From positions 80,788,001 to 80,852,000 of the forward strand of contig OZ076409.1 in assembly GCA_964187785.1 (NCBI GenBank): a stretch of DNA of 64,000 nucleotides, written 5' to 3'. The translations under genes were made by a program, and so were the position numbers. This document shows, piece by piece, positions 47,201 to 60,700 of the stretch. How positions within the stretch are numbered: the first letter of the stretch is position 1; each line of letters starts with the position of its first letter. The DNA comes from Amphiscolops sp. MND2022. Lineage: Eukaryota. The notes beneath the pieces were generated by a model. It made no database searches and was not told the origin of the DNA. It saw nothing but the letters and a program-made list of their open reading frames with translations.

Positions 47201-49553
47201 TTAGCCAGAATGAAGGACGGCAGTTGGAGATTTTGTGTACATTACAGAAGGCTCAACGAAATCACTGTCAAAGTCGCATTCCCTATCCCGAAGACTGATC
47301 AGACCTTTGACGCACTGAACGGCGCAAAGCTCTTCTCTACCCTGGATTTGGCAAGTGGGTACTGGCAAGTACCAGTGGCACCCGAAGATAGACACAAAAC
47401 AGCTTTTGTTAATCCAGATGGTGGATTCTACGAGTATGTACGGATGCCTTTCGGGCTGACAAACGCCCCGGGCACGTTCCAACGAACGACTGATGAACAT
47501 CTTGTTTGCCCAGTATATCTACAAAGGAGTCCTGATCTTCCCAGACGACGTCCTCTTGTACAGTGGGGACGTGGAGCAGCACATGCAGAACTTGAGAATT
47601 ACCTTTGCGACCCTGAGGGAAGCGAACCATCGGCTGAAACCCAAGAAGTTCAAGTTTTTCCAAAAGCAGGTCGACTACTTGGGACACACTATCCAAACTG
47701 ATAGCACATTCCCTGACCCGGTCAAGGTAGAAGCAGTGAAAGAGTGGCCAGTGCCGAAAAACGTGACAGACGTGATGTCGTTTGTGGGATTTTGCAGTTA
47801 CTATCGCAGATTTATTCGGAACTTTGTGGAAATAGCCCGACCTCTACACGCGGTCACAAAGAAGAATGCCCGCTTCGAGTGAAACGAAGATTGCCAAGTA
47901 GCGTTCGAAAGATTGAAGCTAGAACTAACGACTGCACCAATGCTGCAGTATCCAGATTTTAAAAGACCGTTTGTGGTCGACACGAATGCGAGCAATGTGA
48001 GTTTGGGTGCGGTGCTATCCAATGTAATAGACGGCGATGAAAGACCACTTGTGTTTGCGAGCAGAGTACTGTCGAAGACCGAAAGCTTGTATTCAACAAC
48101 GAAGCGAGAAGCCCTAGCGGTAGTGCAGGCCCTGAAGTGGTTTTGACCCTACATATGGGGCACCGAATTCGTTGTCCACAGAGACCACGCCAGTTTACGA
48201 AGGCTGTTTTGACAGAACGCAGACGGCCAGATTTTTCGGATGCTACAAACACTGCAGGAGTATAATTTTAAAGTAGACCATCGAAGCGGCGAAAAACACG
48301 GCAACGCAGACGGACTGTCCCGCATGAGCTCCGATGAACCAGAATGGCTCCCCGGAGAAACGGAAGAGCTGATGGGCTCTTGCCCGAAGCCACTGACGAT
48401 GGAACAGGCACTGAAAGAACTGGGTGCATCTGACCGAGTTTCAACTGTGACTGAAACCACCAATCCCGAAGAAGTCCAGATCACATGGAAATCTTCGCCC
48501 GACGACATATCGAAGGCTCAATGGGCAGACCCCGCCATCAGAGCAGTCCTAGAATGGGCGGACGTGAAGAAAAAACCACACCAACCAGAACTGGGCACTA
48601 GAGTGGCAACACAGAAAGAAGCAATGTCCTTGGGAGAGGAAGCATTGGCGTACTGGAATCTCTGGCGTCAGCTTTTTGCGAAGAACGGCCTGTTGTATCG
48701 TCATTGGGCAAGCGCAGAGAGCGGACAAGACCAAGTACAACTAATAGTCCCATTCGAAGCTCGTAAGGAGATACTGGAGCAGCTGTACTCCTCGCAGATG
48801 AGCGGAGGTCACTTCGCGCTCGAAAAGACTCTCCTACGAATCCGTCAGAGATTTTGGTGGCCATCCATGAGACGAGATGTTGAAAAACGAATCTCATGGT
48901 GTGTACCTTGCGCAGCACGATCGGTGGCGGAGAAGAAGAATATCGCCGAGTTACAACCCCTAAAAGTGGGAATCCGTTTCCACGCGGTCGCCGCGGACCT
49001 CTTGGGACCAGTGACAAGAGCGACGAAGACTGGAGCCAAGTACATCCTGGCGATGACCGATTGTTTCACGAAGTTCGTGGTCACGGTACCTTTGGTGAAG
49101 ACTGAAGCACAAGAACAATTACGAAGTTAAGAATAAGTTGAGCCGTGTGCGGGCAAGAAACCTACTCGTGAACGAATCTGACTTAACTGCTTAGTGAGAG
49201 CAGCGAACTAGTTACACGTCCGGGACTTGGAAATCTTAGAGTAAAGTGTGATTCTGGCACAGTTTTGTCGAGTTACTGTATATAATTCATTCACCTGCTG
49301 TGCTGTTATTATTTGATTGAGTAATTACATACTGTGGAAATCTCTAACTTGTATTATCCAGATTATTCCTGGATTTGAGTGTTAATCACAAGCAACTTTT
49401 CCACAGTGCCTTGAAGTCGAATACTTGAGCCCGGAGAGATTTGTGAAGAGAGTACGCGATAAGTGAACGAAAACTTACTCACCAAAACTAAACCTTTCTG
49501 ATAGAATCGAGCCTTTGGGATTTCTCTCCGACCCTCTAGCAAAAATTTCTACA
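44212..49553 (+). mobile_element. Decayed Ty3/Gypsy LTR retrotransposon, integrase truncated
   Basis: LTR ends TTACA (45035), then PBS TGGCGCTCCTGG. gag from ATG 45128 with CCHC knuckle CYECGEEGHFARAC; protease LLDTGAS; RT (SPYSAPIV, LDLASGYWQ, MPFGLTNAP, FPDD); RNase H (VDTNAS, YSTTKREALAVV); integrase (GGH, WWPSM, C..C, LAMTDCFTKF). Many stops and frameshifts. The 5' boundary (TGTAGA at 44212) is uncertain and may extend to about 43300. Confidence 0.93.
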
Positions 49554-51738
49554 TATTTTACAGGCTTGTCTTACTCAGTTCCATGTTAAGCAGTCGAAAA
49601 CATCAAACTCCCGTGTCCGTTTTTTGTCGTTGCACATATTGCACATAGTGATTTTGTAATGCACTATTGGGTTGCTTACAGGTCCACTGCAATCCTTTTG
49701 AGCCCATCCCGTTGGTTTTGTTTCTTGTTACCAAACTTTTTCTGAACTTTTCGATTGTCCAATCAGCGTGTTTTTGCAATGTTTGATCGGTGCTTCCGAT
49801 GTCGTTGATGCAAATGTCGTTTCTTCTTCTTCTAGATCGCCTTCACGCCTGCTGAGTACTCTGCGGATGTTGTCAGGGAGCAATGTCTCACCATTTGTCT
49901 TTTATAGCTCAAAGACGAGATGCCATTTGTACTTTTAGCCAAACAAAAATTTCGAACCTCTTGTCTCTTGTCATGTTCCGATACCTTCGAAATGCGGCCT
50001 GCTGGTGGTTGGAAGCGGCTCATTTTTATCGAAGTTTTGCATCCTCAATCCTGTTTGATGGCTCATAGCATGGTTTCGTGACTATATCTTTCGACATGAC
50101 AGTCCTTCTTTTATTTGCATTATTATAAATATTTTTGATGTCAGCTGGTATTATTATCATCCTTTCGAACAGAAAATGAAGTTAATTGGTGTTTTTCAGT
50201 TGAGCTTTGAGAAAGTTTTCAGTCTTCAAATTAGCAAAAACTGAGATCCGTCAGAACAGTTATTCAATCACACAAATTTGTAACAATAGGTGTGATGAAA
50301 AAAGAAGCAGGCTTTTGCATCCGGTTGATGTTCGAGGTCAAAACGATCAAAATTCGAAAACAATAAACGCGTTCTGTCTAGCAATATTTAATTTAAACTA
50401 TTCTTAAAAAATATATGTGATCACTTGGTTTGTTTTTGGAGTTGCGAAAATGTTTTGTTACGATTTTGTGACGCACTGTATATACCAACGCTTCTTGTTG
50501 GCTGAGTGGGGTTTCGATAATGAGAGCCAATAAAAAGTGTTGATATATATGAAGAGATCAATTGATTGACAGAATAGATGATTTCTCCTTTAGATGAAAA
50601 AAATGAGCCAGTAACATTAATTTTCTCTGAGGGGGTCATAGTGGGAGAGGGGAAGATAGTTTAACAAGTCAGAAGAGGGTACATTATCAACTTTTTTGAA
50701 TCAGCAAGCAGTTCCTCAGTGAAATGCATGGGAGAAACGAAACGCACTTCAATTTTTCGAAACAGCATATTCGTCGCATTAACTTAACGCAGAAAAACGT
50801 TGTAAGTATTTGAAATATTCTTTTTTCTAACGAAACGCCCAAATTGTAGCTGAGAATTTGTTTTATCAACATCTCCCATGTTTTCATTGTTCTTTGAAAA
50901 GTAGTCAGGTCGAAGAACTGCTTTTTGTTCATTTCAGTTTCAACCTAATTTTTGCCGGGATGTAGCGGGAACTTCAGTACGGCGGGAACTTCGCGGTAAC
51001 ATGGTGTTGATGTCTCTCCAAGTTGACAACCATTGAATCTCTTGGGCATACTTGTTTTCCTTCAGAGCACTACTTCGGAAATTTCTATCCCAGTTGAAAA
51101 ACGTTCAAAGTATACTGTGCAAATAGATGAAACAATAGGTCAAAGTTACACTGCTGCAACCCACCTCTGTTATTTTGTCACAGTGCAATGAAAAATGGAA
51201 AATTGTAAACGACGGAAAATGAACATTTGTCTCGGCCTTTCAGATTTTAAAAATCCTTTTAAAGGCCACACTTTCAATATTTCATCATCATGATAATGAA
51301 ACGAAGGTCATAGGGAGGGTCATCAATCAACATGTGGGAGGACACATATTTCAGGTCATTCTTTCGAAAATCGGAACTGAGAACAGCAGAGCAACTGAGA
51401 AGCATTAATTTCTCATTTTTAATTGATCTTCATTGTCGGCAAAATGGAAACCAAAGTTACCAAAGTCATTCGTTTACAAAGTAAAGGTTCAAACAGTTCT
51501 TTGTTTTTAATTCCAAAATTAAATTTATGAGCATTAAATTAGCATTTTATCATCATATTTTTTCTAAGCTTAAACAATCAGCTAAAACCGATGAACCTAA
51601 ATTAGTGACTGCGCATGCAAAATTAGTTTTCAATTTTTACTGCCCAGAAACAACACGGGTGCGAGTGACGTATCCTCCCGAAGACAACTGCCGTTGATAC
51701 CCCGTGCTGTGCCATCCTACAGTCTTCGGGCCCTAAAT

Positions 51739-54700
51739 ATGACTCACCATTCGCCAGAAGATCACATCATACTCAACAACTCCAAGAGACAGAACATAGA
51801 CCATAGCAAGAAGTTCCTGGACTCAGATTCTGTCTCTTATTCTTCCTCTTCCTTCGATGACAGCAGCTTCTTCAGCCACAAAAGCCAGTTTGAAGATGAA
51901 GCAGATATGGAAGAAGAACCATTACCGTTCACAAGTATGCAATTTTGAATTTTCGAGCCTGACTTGAAAAAAATGTTCACGCTTCTTGAAACTGTGACAG
52001 AAACACCATGTTATAAACTATCAAAAACTATATCAAGGTTCCTATAATAAAAAGTCCCTAATTTTCCGATGTCAATAATTCCGCAATGAAAAAATTGCTG
52101 AAAATTTAGTAGTATTTGATTCCCTGTAAACTCCTGAATCATGCTAATTTGAGATTATAAAAGTTTCGTTGCGATGAATTATTCAAAAAAAATCTTGACA
52201 ACACTTTTTTCACATCTTAGGTTTCTCGCCATCAATTATAGTGGGCTTGGCTGATTCAGTATATGGACCTTTTCTCTTTACGCAGAGACTGCAAATTTTT
52301 TTCAGTGATGGCTTTGTGCGATTTTATCGAACTACATGTATTTCAACATGTCCATTGTTTCTATTTATATTAGAGTCCATTTATTTTAGACGATGCGGAT
52401 ACCTACCAAAACTTGAACAACTTGAATGGCACGGCCAAAAGATCTAACCATATTCACCCAAGTGATGGTTGCTTTGTGTGTGAAAACGAGAAACTTCAGG
52501 CAGCTTTGGCTCAACCCCCCAATGCTTACGGACTGAAATATTTAGATCCTAATATCAAGAAACACATCGTGTTAGTACATGTAGTCTCTCTTAATGGTGT
52601 TGATCATTACCACTGTGAGTGAGATCATAGCGAAACATGATCATTTTGTTGGACACAGGAAGCAAGATTTTTTTTGCGATAATTTTGTCACGTTTTTCTT
52701 TCTTTGGAAAGCTTAGTTGCTATTGTGATGAGTCTCAATCATTTCGGATCTTTTCTGCTAACCCCCCCCCCCCCCCAAAGTAAGCGCGAAAATTTTAATT
52801 ACCCTAAGATGGAAAAAGATTTTACGTTCAATTCAGTGAACCCAAGTCGAAGTACGAGGATGCTCCAAATCTGGTGGAAATTTTGAACAACACTTCAAAA
52901 GCGAACAAATCTGAGGAAAAGGGTGACAATGGAATTTTTCTCGACAACCAGTCTCTATTTTCTCAATTCGTAAGTTGATTTACGTGGTACCTGTCATATG
53001 AAAAACACCATACTTCCCTAACTACTGGATTTAATCAAGAAAAAAAGTCCGGTTGAGCTGCTGATTAGTTAGTATGAAAAGTCTAAAAGAGGGGAAAAAA
53101 TCATTGCCGCTGTTCAGCATTACAGTGCCAAAAGTTGGCAAGTTGAGCTTATAAAGGATCAAAGGATAAAGGAGAAGGACATAAAAACCTTCTGGAATTC
53201 GCGCGTTTTTGCATTAAAACAATGTGGTCCTCCTGAATTTCTCGGCCAATTTTGTTTCAGTTTTCATGTAATTCATTGGCTATTTTTACAGTGTACGAAA
53301 TGCAAATTTTGCTTGAAAACTACAATACCTCACAAGATCTCTTTAAGGAACTCTTTCAAGTTCTTCAGTACCTTTTATTTGATCTGAACCAATGTTTCTT
53401 GACACCAAAAAAAGAATTCACAATGTTTGTAGCATCAAAATTGTTCTAGGACTTAACGCCCAAGGACATTACGCCCAAGGACATTACCCCCAATGGGGAC
53501 ATTACGCCCAAAGCGGACATTACGCCCAATAATTAGAAAAATTGTTGTATATATAATTATTGGCTCTAATGTCCGCTTTGGGCGTAATGTCCATGGGCGT
53601 ATTGTCTTTGGGCGTAATATCCGGACACCCGTCAAAAGGCATCAAATTGAATGCTTCACTTTTTTTGCTGAGTTCAGTTTAATGAGAAATTCCATTTGCA
53701 AGCAAGAGAACCCTTTGTGGCATATTGAGCGTAACAGTTGAAAAGTGACATCTAAAAATGATGACTTTATGTACTAACTAAACTTCCGGAGGTGGTGTAT
53801 TGACCAGACCAGAAAGCCGAGTAGCAGACAATGATTGTAGATTATGGTTACGATGTCATTTTTCAGCTTTTTTACTGCTCTGCTCAATTTACACACTCCC
53901 AGACTTCCATATTTTATGCCAAAAACTGTTATGCAAATAACGACGCTATGTCGCTATTATTTTTACTGATAAATGTAACCAAAATTTTACCCCAAGGCGT
54001 TTAGAATTGATAATAAACTATGTTCAAATTCAGGACGAAAAAGCTTACGAGAATCTGGACCTAGACTGTTACTTTGTTGACGGCAAACGCAAAATTGGTA
54101 AGTTTTGCTTTACGCTTTTGAATAAGTCTCCTCCAGTAGTTTTCCAGTCACTTAAGTCAATTGATCCACAGGAGAGCTCTGTATGGATGATTCGTTTTTT
54201 TTTCTTTAAAAAGCGTCCAGTACTCTGGTTTTAATCTGGCATCTTCAACATCCAACATGCCCTAATGTAGAGAGGTTCAAAAGCATATCGAAGACAAATT
54301 AACATGTCGCAGGCTGCCGCCTGTGACGGTACTAGGATCACGACAACTACACAAGGACAGGAGACAGCTTCAGGCACATTCCCCATTTATTAACCAAAAG
54401 AACAATTAAACAAACTTTTACATTATTTTGTTGTTTTGAATTTGTTACATTTATTGACGTTGATAAGTTTTTCTCATTTATGTACGTGTACGTATTAGTC
54501 TGTTAAAAATTACAATCGGAAGATTTAGTTAGTATTAATCAGAATTAGAGGTGCTGTATAATAATGTAAGCAGTTGAAATGATTGGCAACGTAGCTATAC
54601 AACGTAAAGGAAACGAGTTCAAGTGAACAAAACATCTATCCCGTACGCGTCACTTGAGCTCAATATTTCAACCAATCACAACGCTTCATTGAGCAGTACC

Positions 54701-57700
54701 AGTATAGTTTTTATGTGAGTGATGGCCGAGTAACGCCAATTGACTTAGAATGAATGTTTTAATCTGTGCTCTGGTCAAATGGACGGTTCCGGCCATTTCA
54801 AGTAAATATGATGATGATATACTAATTACGCTAGCAATTGATTGGAGCTATTATAGCTATGTTCTCAGTGCTAAATAATCACTTTTGTGCCGTTTAGCAG
54901 TTTAATACAATGATTTGGATTTGGTCAAATCTGGTTCTGTTCTGAAGATGTTGCAACTACAGCCATTATGATGAATAGGACAAGGGTTGATGTAATCTTT
55001 ATACGCTGCATGTATTTTCATCCGCTAACAAACTCAACTTCACCTGTGTGGCGGCACGTGCCGGCATAACTCTCTGAAGTTGGGTATGTCAAAATTCCAT
55101 AGTCGGATATTAACATTTGTTGATACATGAACGATAGTAATTCATTAGATGTGTTGTTTGAAGTTGCGGTATATGTTAAATAACTTTCAAAAATATTCCC
55201 AAAATATGTAGAATATGGGAATATGTCATGAATGCTACATTCCTATGATATGAATCTTAACTAGAAGTATGTGGAGTATGTGAATGTCATCCACTCATGA
55301 GTATATATACCGATACTTGGCCTGAGTGGGACAGAATTCATTTGAGACGCTACTAGTAAAGATTGATTTACAAACGGCTCCGCTGTTGTTTTTCCGAGTT
55401 GTTTAATTCAGTATTTATTTCGGAACTGTTTCAATGCCAACCACTAGAAAACAGAAGAAGGCCAGAAAGTCAAGAGGACTTGAAATGTTATCTGATATCG
55501 AGAATTTAGATATCATGCTAGGTGAGAACCATTTTAACACAAGAGAAAGAGAAGGCAGTTTAAATAGCAACTTGCCCAGGAGATCTAGAACCTTTGCAAG
55601 CAATGAATCCGAAAATGAGGACGGGAACATAGGTAGAAACCAGAGAAATATTAACTCTAGGACAAATACCGAATGTGACCGCAATTCAGTTACAGGCAAT
55701 TCTAGTGCTGAGATTAACAGATTGTCAAGCGAACTAAATTCCCGCATTTCACGAGAAATGGACGAGATGATGAATTCTGTGAGTGTCCAAATACAGAGAG
55801 CCATAAGTGATGCAATAAGTACTCAGGTGCTTCCTCAAATCCAAAATGTTATTATGGCCGGATCAGGACACGGGACCACAAAGGGATGGGACGTTCCGTC
55901 TGAGAGACCGGAACTAATTTCCGAAGTTCAGCGAAATCTAAACGCAAAGAACAACTTGAGAAATGAACAGGATGAGAACCAGTCAAACAATGATTATCCT
56001 GATCCGAACGTCCATGACATAACATGATAATGATTTATTGCTATTTGAAATTAACTATATAAGGTTGATTTTATTTTTTATTGAGTACAGATTTTGTGAT
56101 TGCCCTGGAAGAGACGAAGGAACTGCCCCCTGGTCCGGACGAAGAGCCGAAGCCCCCTTTGAGTGCAAAAGCTAAGGCCCTTGAACAGAAATTGGCTGAT
56201 GGTCGAGAACGTTACCTGGCTGAGCTCGAAGACCAAGGGGTCGAGATAGAGGAGGTATGCTTTGACTTCTCTCGAAAATGATGGAAATTGTTGTTTAAAA
56301 TATATTGGAAGGAAAAAATTCTCACAGCAGGAGTCTTTTCAATTTAATACTAGCTCAGTGATGAATAGTTTTCAAGATATTCTTGCTTGGAAAGTTCGAA
56401 GATGAAGTTGTCTGCGGAGTGGGATAATTGATCACGAAGATATAAAAATTTAGAACATATACTTTTTTTCCTTTTTCTTGTGTTGTCATTGTTACAGAAG
56501 CTGGTCATGGAATGTTCGTTTTATGAGTTCGCGGGGAAGTTTAGGCCGAATTTAATTAAATTGTTTCTTCAATCGATATATAAAAACTCTAAGATGGAAG
56601 CAATTTGTCGCTGGTGAAGTTTGGAGGGTGTTGAATAAAAAGTCAAATTGCAGTTAATTCCAGGCACAGTACGACCATTGGGATACTATGATCACGTTCT
56701 ACAAACTGCACATCACGTTTCCTCTTCTCTGTGACTTTGCAGAAGAAATGAACCTGAGAATGCCGATTAAGGTACCGAACTTGAGCACGTCAATAAAATT
56801 CGCCCCATTGTAATCTTTCTGGTTTCATAAAATGCCTGAACACTAAGTTGAGTATTTGTGTTTTTGAATGTGAGCTCTGAGGTCTGCAGAAAATAAAGAA
56901 AAAGAACGAAAGAACTAGTCACTGTAATAGTCAGGCACATTTTCCTTTAAAATGCTTCGACTAAATAAAAACAACGACATGCTCCACCAGAAATTTTAAG
57001 AAACGTTTACCTCAATGACTTTCCCGAATCTTTGCTGGTTTTCGATAATTCCGAAAATAATCATTCTGCTGATTTTTTTTCGCACAAATAGGAGGACGGA
57101 ACTTCAATCACACCATTGTATTTTCCGATGAAATGAAACATTCTGATTACTAACGAACCAATTGTTAGTCGTATTGTTAGTTGCATGCACTTCATACTCA
57201 TAGAACTTTTATTCCCAAAGGTCTTTTCTGAAATCAGTTTCATGTAATTCATGGGACCGTAATGAAAGGTAAATGTTATCAAACTGTTTGTTTCAGGATG
57301 ATCTTTTGACAGAATTTGACAACGAGGTAGGGCTCACACTTGCATCTCTTGGCAACTGAATCTCACAAATTCTGACTTGACATTCTAGTATTTTAAAATG
57401 TGTTTGAAAACTTTGATATTTTTCAACTTCTAAGAAATTACTTTCTAGTATATTGTCTTTATTCACACCACAGCCGTCAAACGAACCGGTAAGACGACTG
57501 TTGCACTATTTAGTTTTATTACTTTTGTTCAGTTGGCGGAAATGGATATTCTCTGCTTTGTTTTTAGTAATGCATCAGCAATATTCTTCTATCAGAACTG
57601 GGCGCTTTTTTCAGACGGTTGTAATTTAGAAGAACTTATCTGTGGAAATTGACAATCAGTATCATTTCAGCTTGACAACAACGAAACTCCTCCGGAATTC

Positions 57701-60700
57701 ACAGAATACCTCATCAACAGATACCTCAACTTCATGCCTAATGTCTTTGCACAGAAAGTTCCGAACCCGCCCAAGAAATTCATCACTGTACCTTTCAGAA
57801 AAGATTTTCTTCACTGGTAAGAAGGTTTTCAATATGTTTATACAGAACATGCTTTGATGCATTAGTTTTAAAAAGAACATTATACCATTTTTATTTGCCA
57901 AATATTAAATCGAGATTGCTCTACAGGGTCCATTTAGGATCGAAAGTTTTTCGAAATCATCTCATCGAATTGCACTTTGATATTATCTAGGCCGAAAGAA
58001 AAAAATCATCATGGTAAAACAAATAGAGCTCCAAATGCAAGAGCCAAACAAAGTGGAGCGACCTGCCACTACTTTGACGGAGGCCAATCAATTTGATTAT
58101 TCGAATTCATGCTAACATTATCATTTTTGATCCTTTCTAATTAGATTCAAAATATTTCGGTTCTAAATATTTTGGTATCGATCGTTTCCAAATTAATCAA
58201 TTGTAGAAGTTTAACGCACTGACATTGGTTGTATGACTCAGCCTTTTTCCTTACAGGGCGCATTGCGCCCCTCGAGATCGGCCATTGACAAAAACCTGTA
58301 GCTGGTCAAAGATTGACATGCGTTCCGCTTTACTTTGCTCCGCTTCTTTTCGCTCGGGCATTTAGGGGCTTCCTTTCGCTCACCCTATAAGTGTGATGTA
58401 ATGTAACGACAAGCAGTCACTGTCGCTTCTCCATCTATGAAGATGGAGGAACTTGTGACATGGGTATGTGCCCGGGACAAGCAGCCACAGGTCCATTTTT
58501 GTCTCCTGAGGTGAAACATGTCCTGTCAGGAGAAGATTCCGCCTCTAAGGAGCACTTGCTGACCTATCCCAGTCTGTAACTGCTATCAGCAACGGGCATC
58601 TTGCCTTTTCTCATTCAAGACCACCGTTTAGACAACCTTTAAAAACATCCCAAGAAAAAATAATGTAAAGTTCGCCATTCAGGGTGACATGAGAATAACG
58701 TCCAAAATTGCCAAAGAAGCTATAAAATGACAACAATGAACGATAATCACGTCCATAACAATTTTTCAGCTACATCCACATTCAGCTCGTAAGCTGGGGG
58801 CCCCACAGGCACAGATTTATGAATTAGACAAAAACCCTCATTTTGCGGTTTTTAGTCGGCGCTTCATGAAGTGAAATGCGACTAGTATAGTGACTCTTTT
58901 TTTCAATACACACGAACTGACCAAAATAGTTCTTAAAAGTTCTACAAAATTTTATGGTCACAAATTGAATCATTTGGCCTAGCGTCCTGAACCAAAAAAG
59001 TTTTTCCTGTTTTTCCGCGTAACATACCGTACCGGGAGAGACTAAATGATCCCCCTTTTCATTTTTTTCGGCATTGTGAGACTTTTTTCGAAATAAAAAT
59101 TCACCAAAAGGTCACCCCTTCAATTTTTTGATGTTTTGCAACAATGGATGTTAAAAATTCGAATCCCGCCAGTTCGGTCGTTTGGGTTTTTTTGTGAGTT
59201 TGATACTCTTTTTGTGGAATTGATACTTTGAGTTTTTTGAGACTTTGTCGTTTTGCTCTTTTTGAGCCTTAGATATGGCACCGTCTTTTGCCGTTCCCGG
59301 CTTATTGCCACTTAAGATAGCATACTGCTGAAATGAAGAAAAACCGGGTATTAGCACTCGTAAAAGAGTTTTTTTCAGAAGTTCTTACAGTCTCTGCGTG
59401 TCTTGTGTCTCTGGTGGCGTCATTTTTGTGTTCTTGCTCGGTTGTGCTTTTTGTTTTTCAAGTACCTGCCAATTTCGTAGAAACAGCGAAAAGGGCAATC
59501 ACATGCTCAGTGCCACGTCAAATATCGGATTAAAATTTTTCACCAAATTTCTTAACATGTTCCGATTCCAATATGGACTGATTTTGGGTGTATCAGAGGG
59601 TGCCGTTACATAAGTTGATGAAAATTTCACTTCTTCGATTCTAGAAAAACGAAACTACTATTCAATTCTAGATGACTTTGCAAAATTTTATACCCTAAAT
59701 AGTTCGAAGCTACACAGAAGTCCCATTTTCGTTTAGCAGTAGTTTTTCTTTAAAGTAATCATTTTCAATCTTGTAAAATTCGGTACCAACTTTTGGTCGA
59801 ACACCTTGCACTTTTCACATTTTAACAATTTAACTATGATTGTCTATAACTCTTACGGAAACGTTCATGTGTTAATATTTCCCTGTTGTAGTAGAGTTCT
59901 ATCAAGCTGCTTGAAAGAAGCAGTCTAAGTTTGATGGTCAATCAAATTTCTCAAAATTTTCTTCATTCCAAATTACAGCACAGATACTTATGAATCGTTG
60001 GAAGATGAAAGACTTATGAAAGATTGGAATAATTTGTAAAATCTTTTTCAAAGCATTTTTGAAGGTATTAAATGGTGGCTTTTTCGGATACATTGAGGTT
60101 TGTTGATATGTTGATATTAAAAGACAATCTGCATGTATTCTTCCGTATGCTATGAAGTTTCGTTACATGAAAAACATTCTTTGAAACGTCAATTGTGAAA
60201 TACGTTTCGGTTGGGTCTTAAATAAATGGTGCATCACACATTGATGGACAAGATTTGAGGAATTGCACTAGGGCAAATTTTCAGCATGAATAAAATGCAA
60301 CTAATTGTTTAAAAATTATTCAAAATGAATTTCCTGACTCCACTATTATGAGATTGGTCCAAATTCATTCCTCTGATGAATCGAAGATATATATTTTTAT
60401 ATTTATATGTATTTTATGACAACAAACCTCAAGGTATTCAAAAAGGCCTCGTAAAGTCTTAAAAAATATTGAAGAAAATTCATTTCAGAAAAATTCCAAT
60501 CTTGGAAATATTCATACATATTGGCCAGCGATGCAAAATTTTTGTAAAATTGGAACACTTCATCTAGAATTTATAACTACCAAAAGAATGAGTACAAGAA
60601 GAAAATTCCAAACCAATTCTGTAAATGTAAGAAATCCAAACCCCAAAAGCTTCGGTCTCTGCATTTTACAACTTGTGAGAGCGGAAACACATTAACTGCA

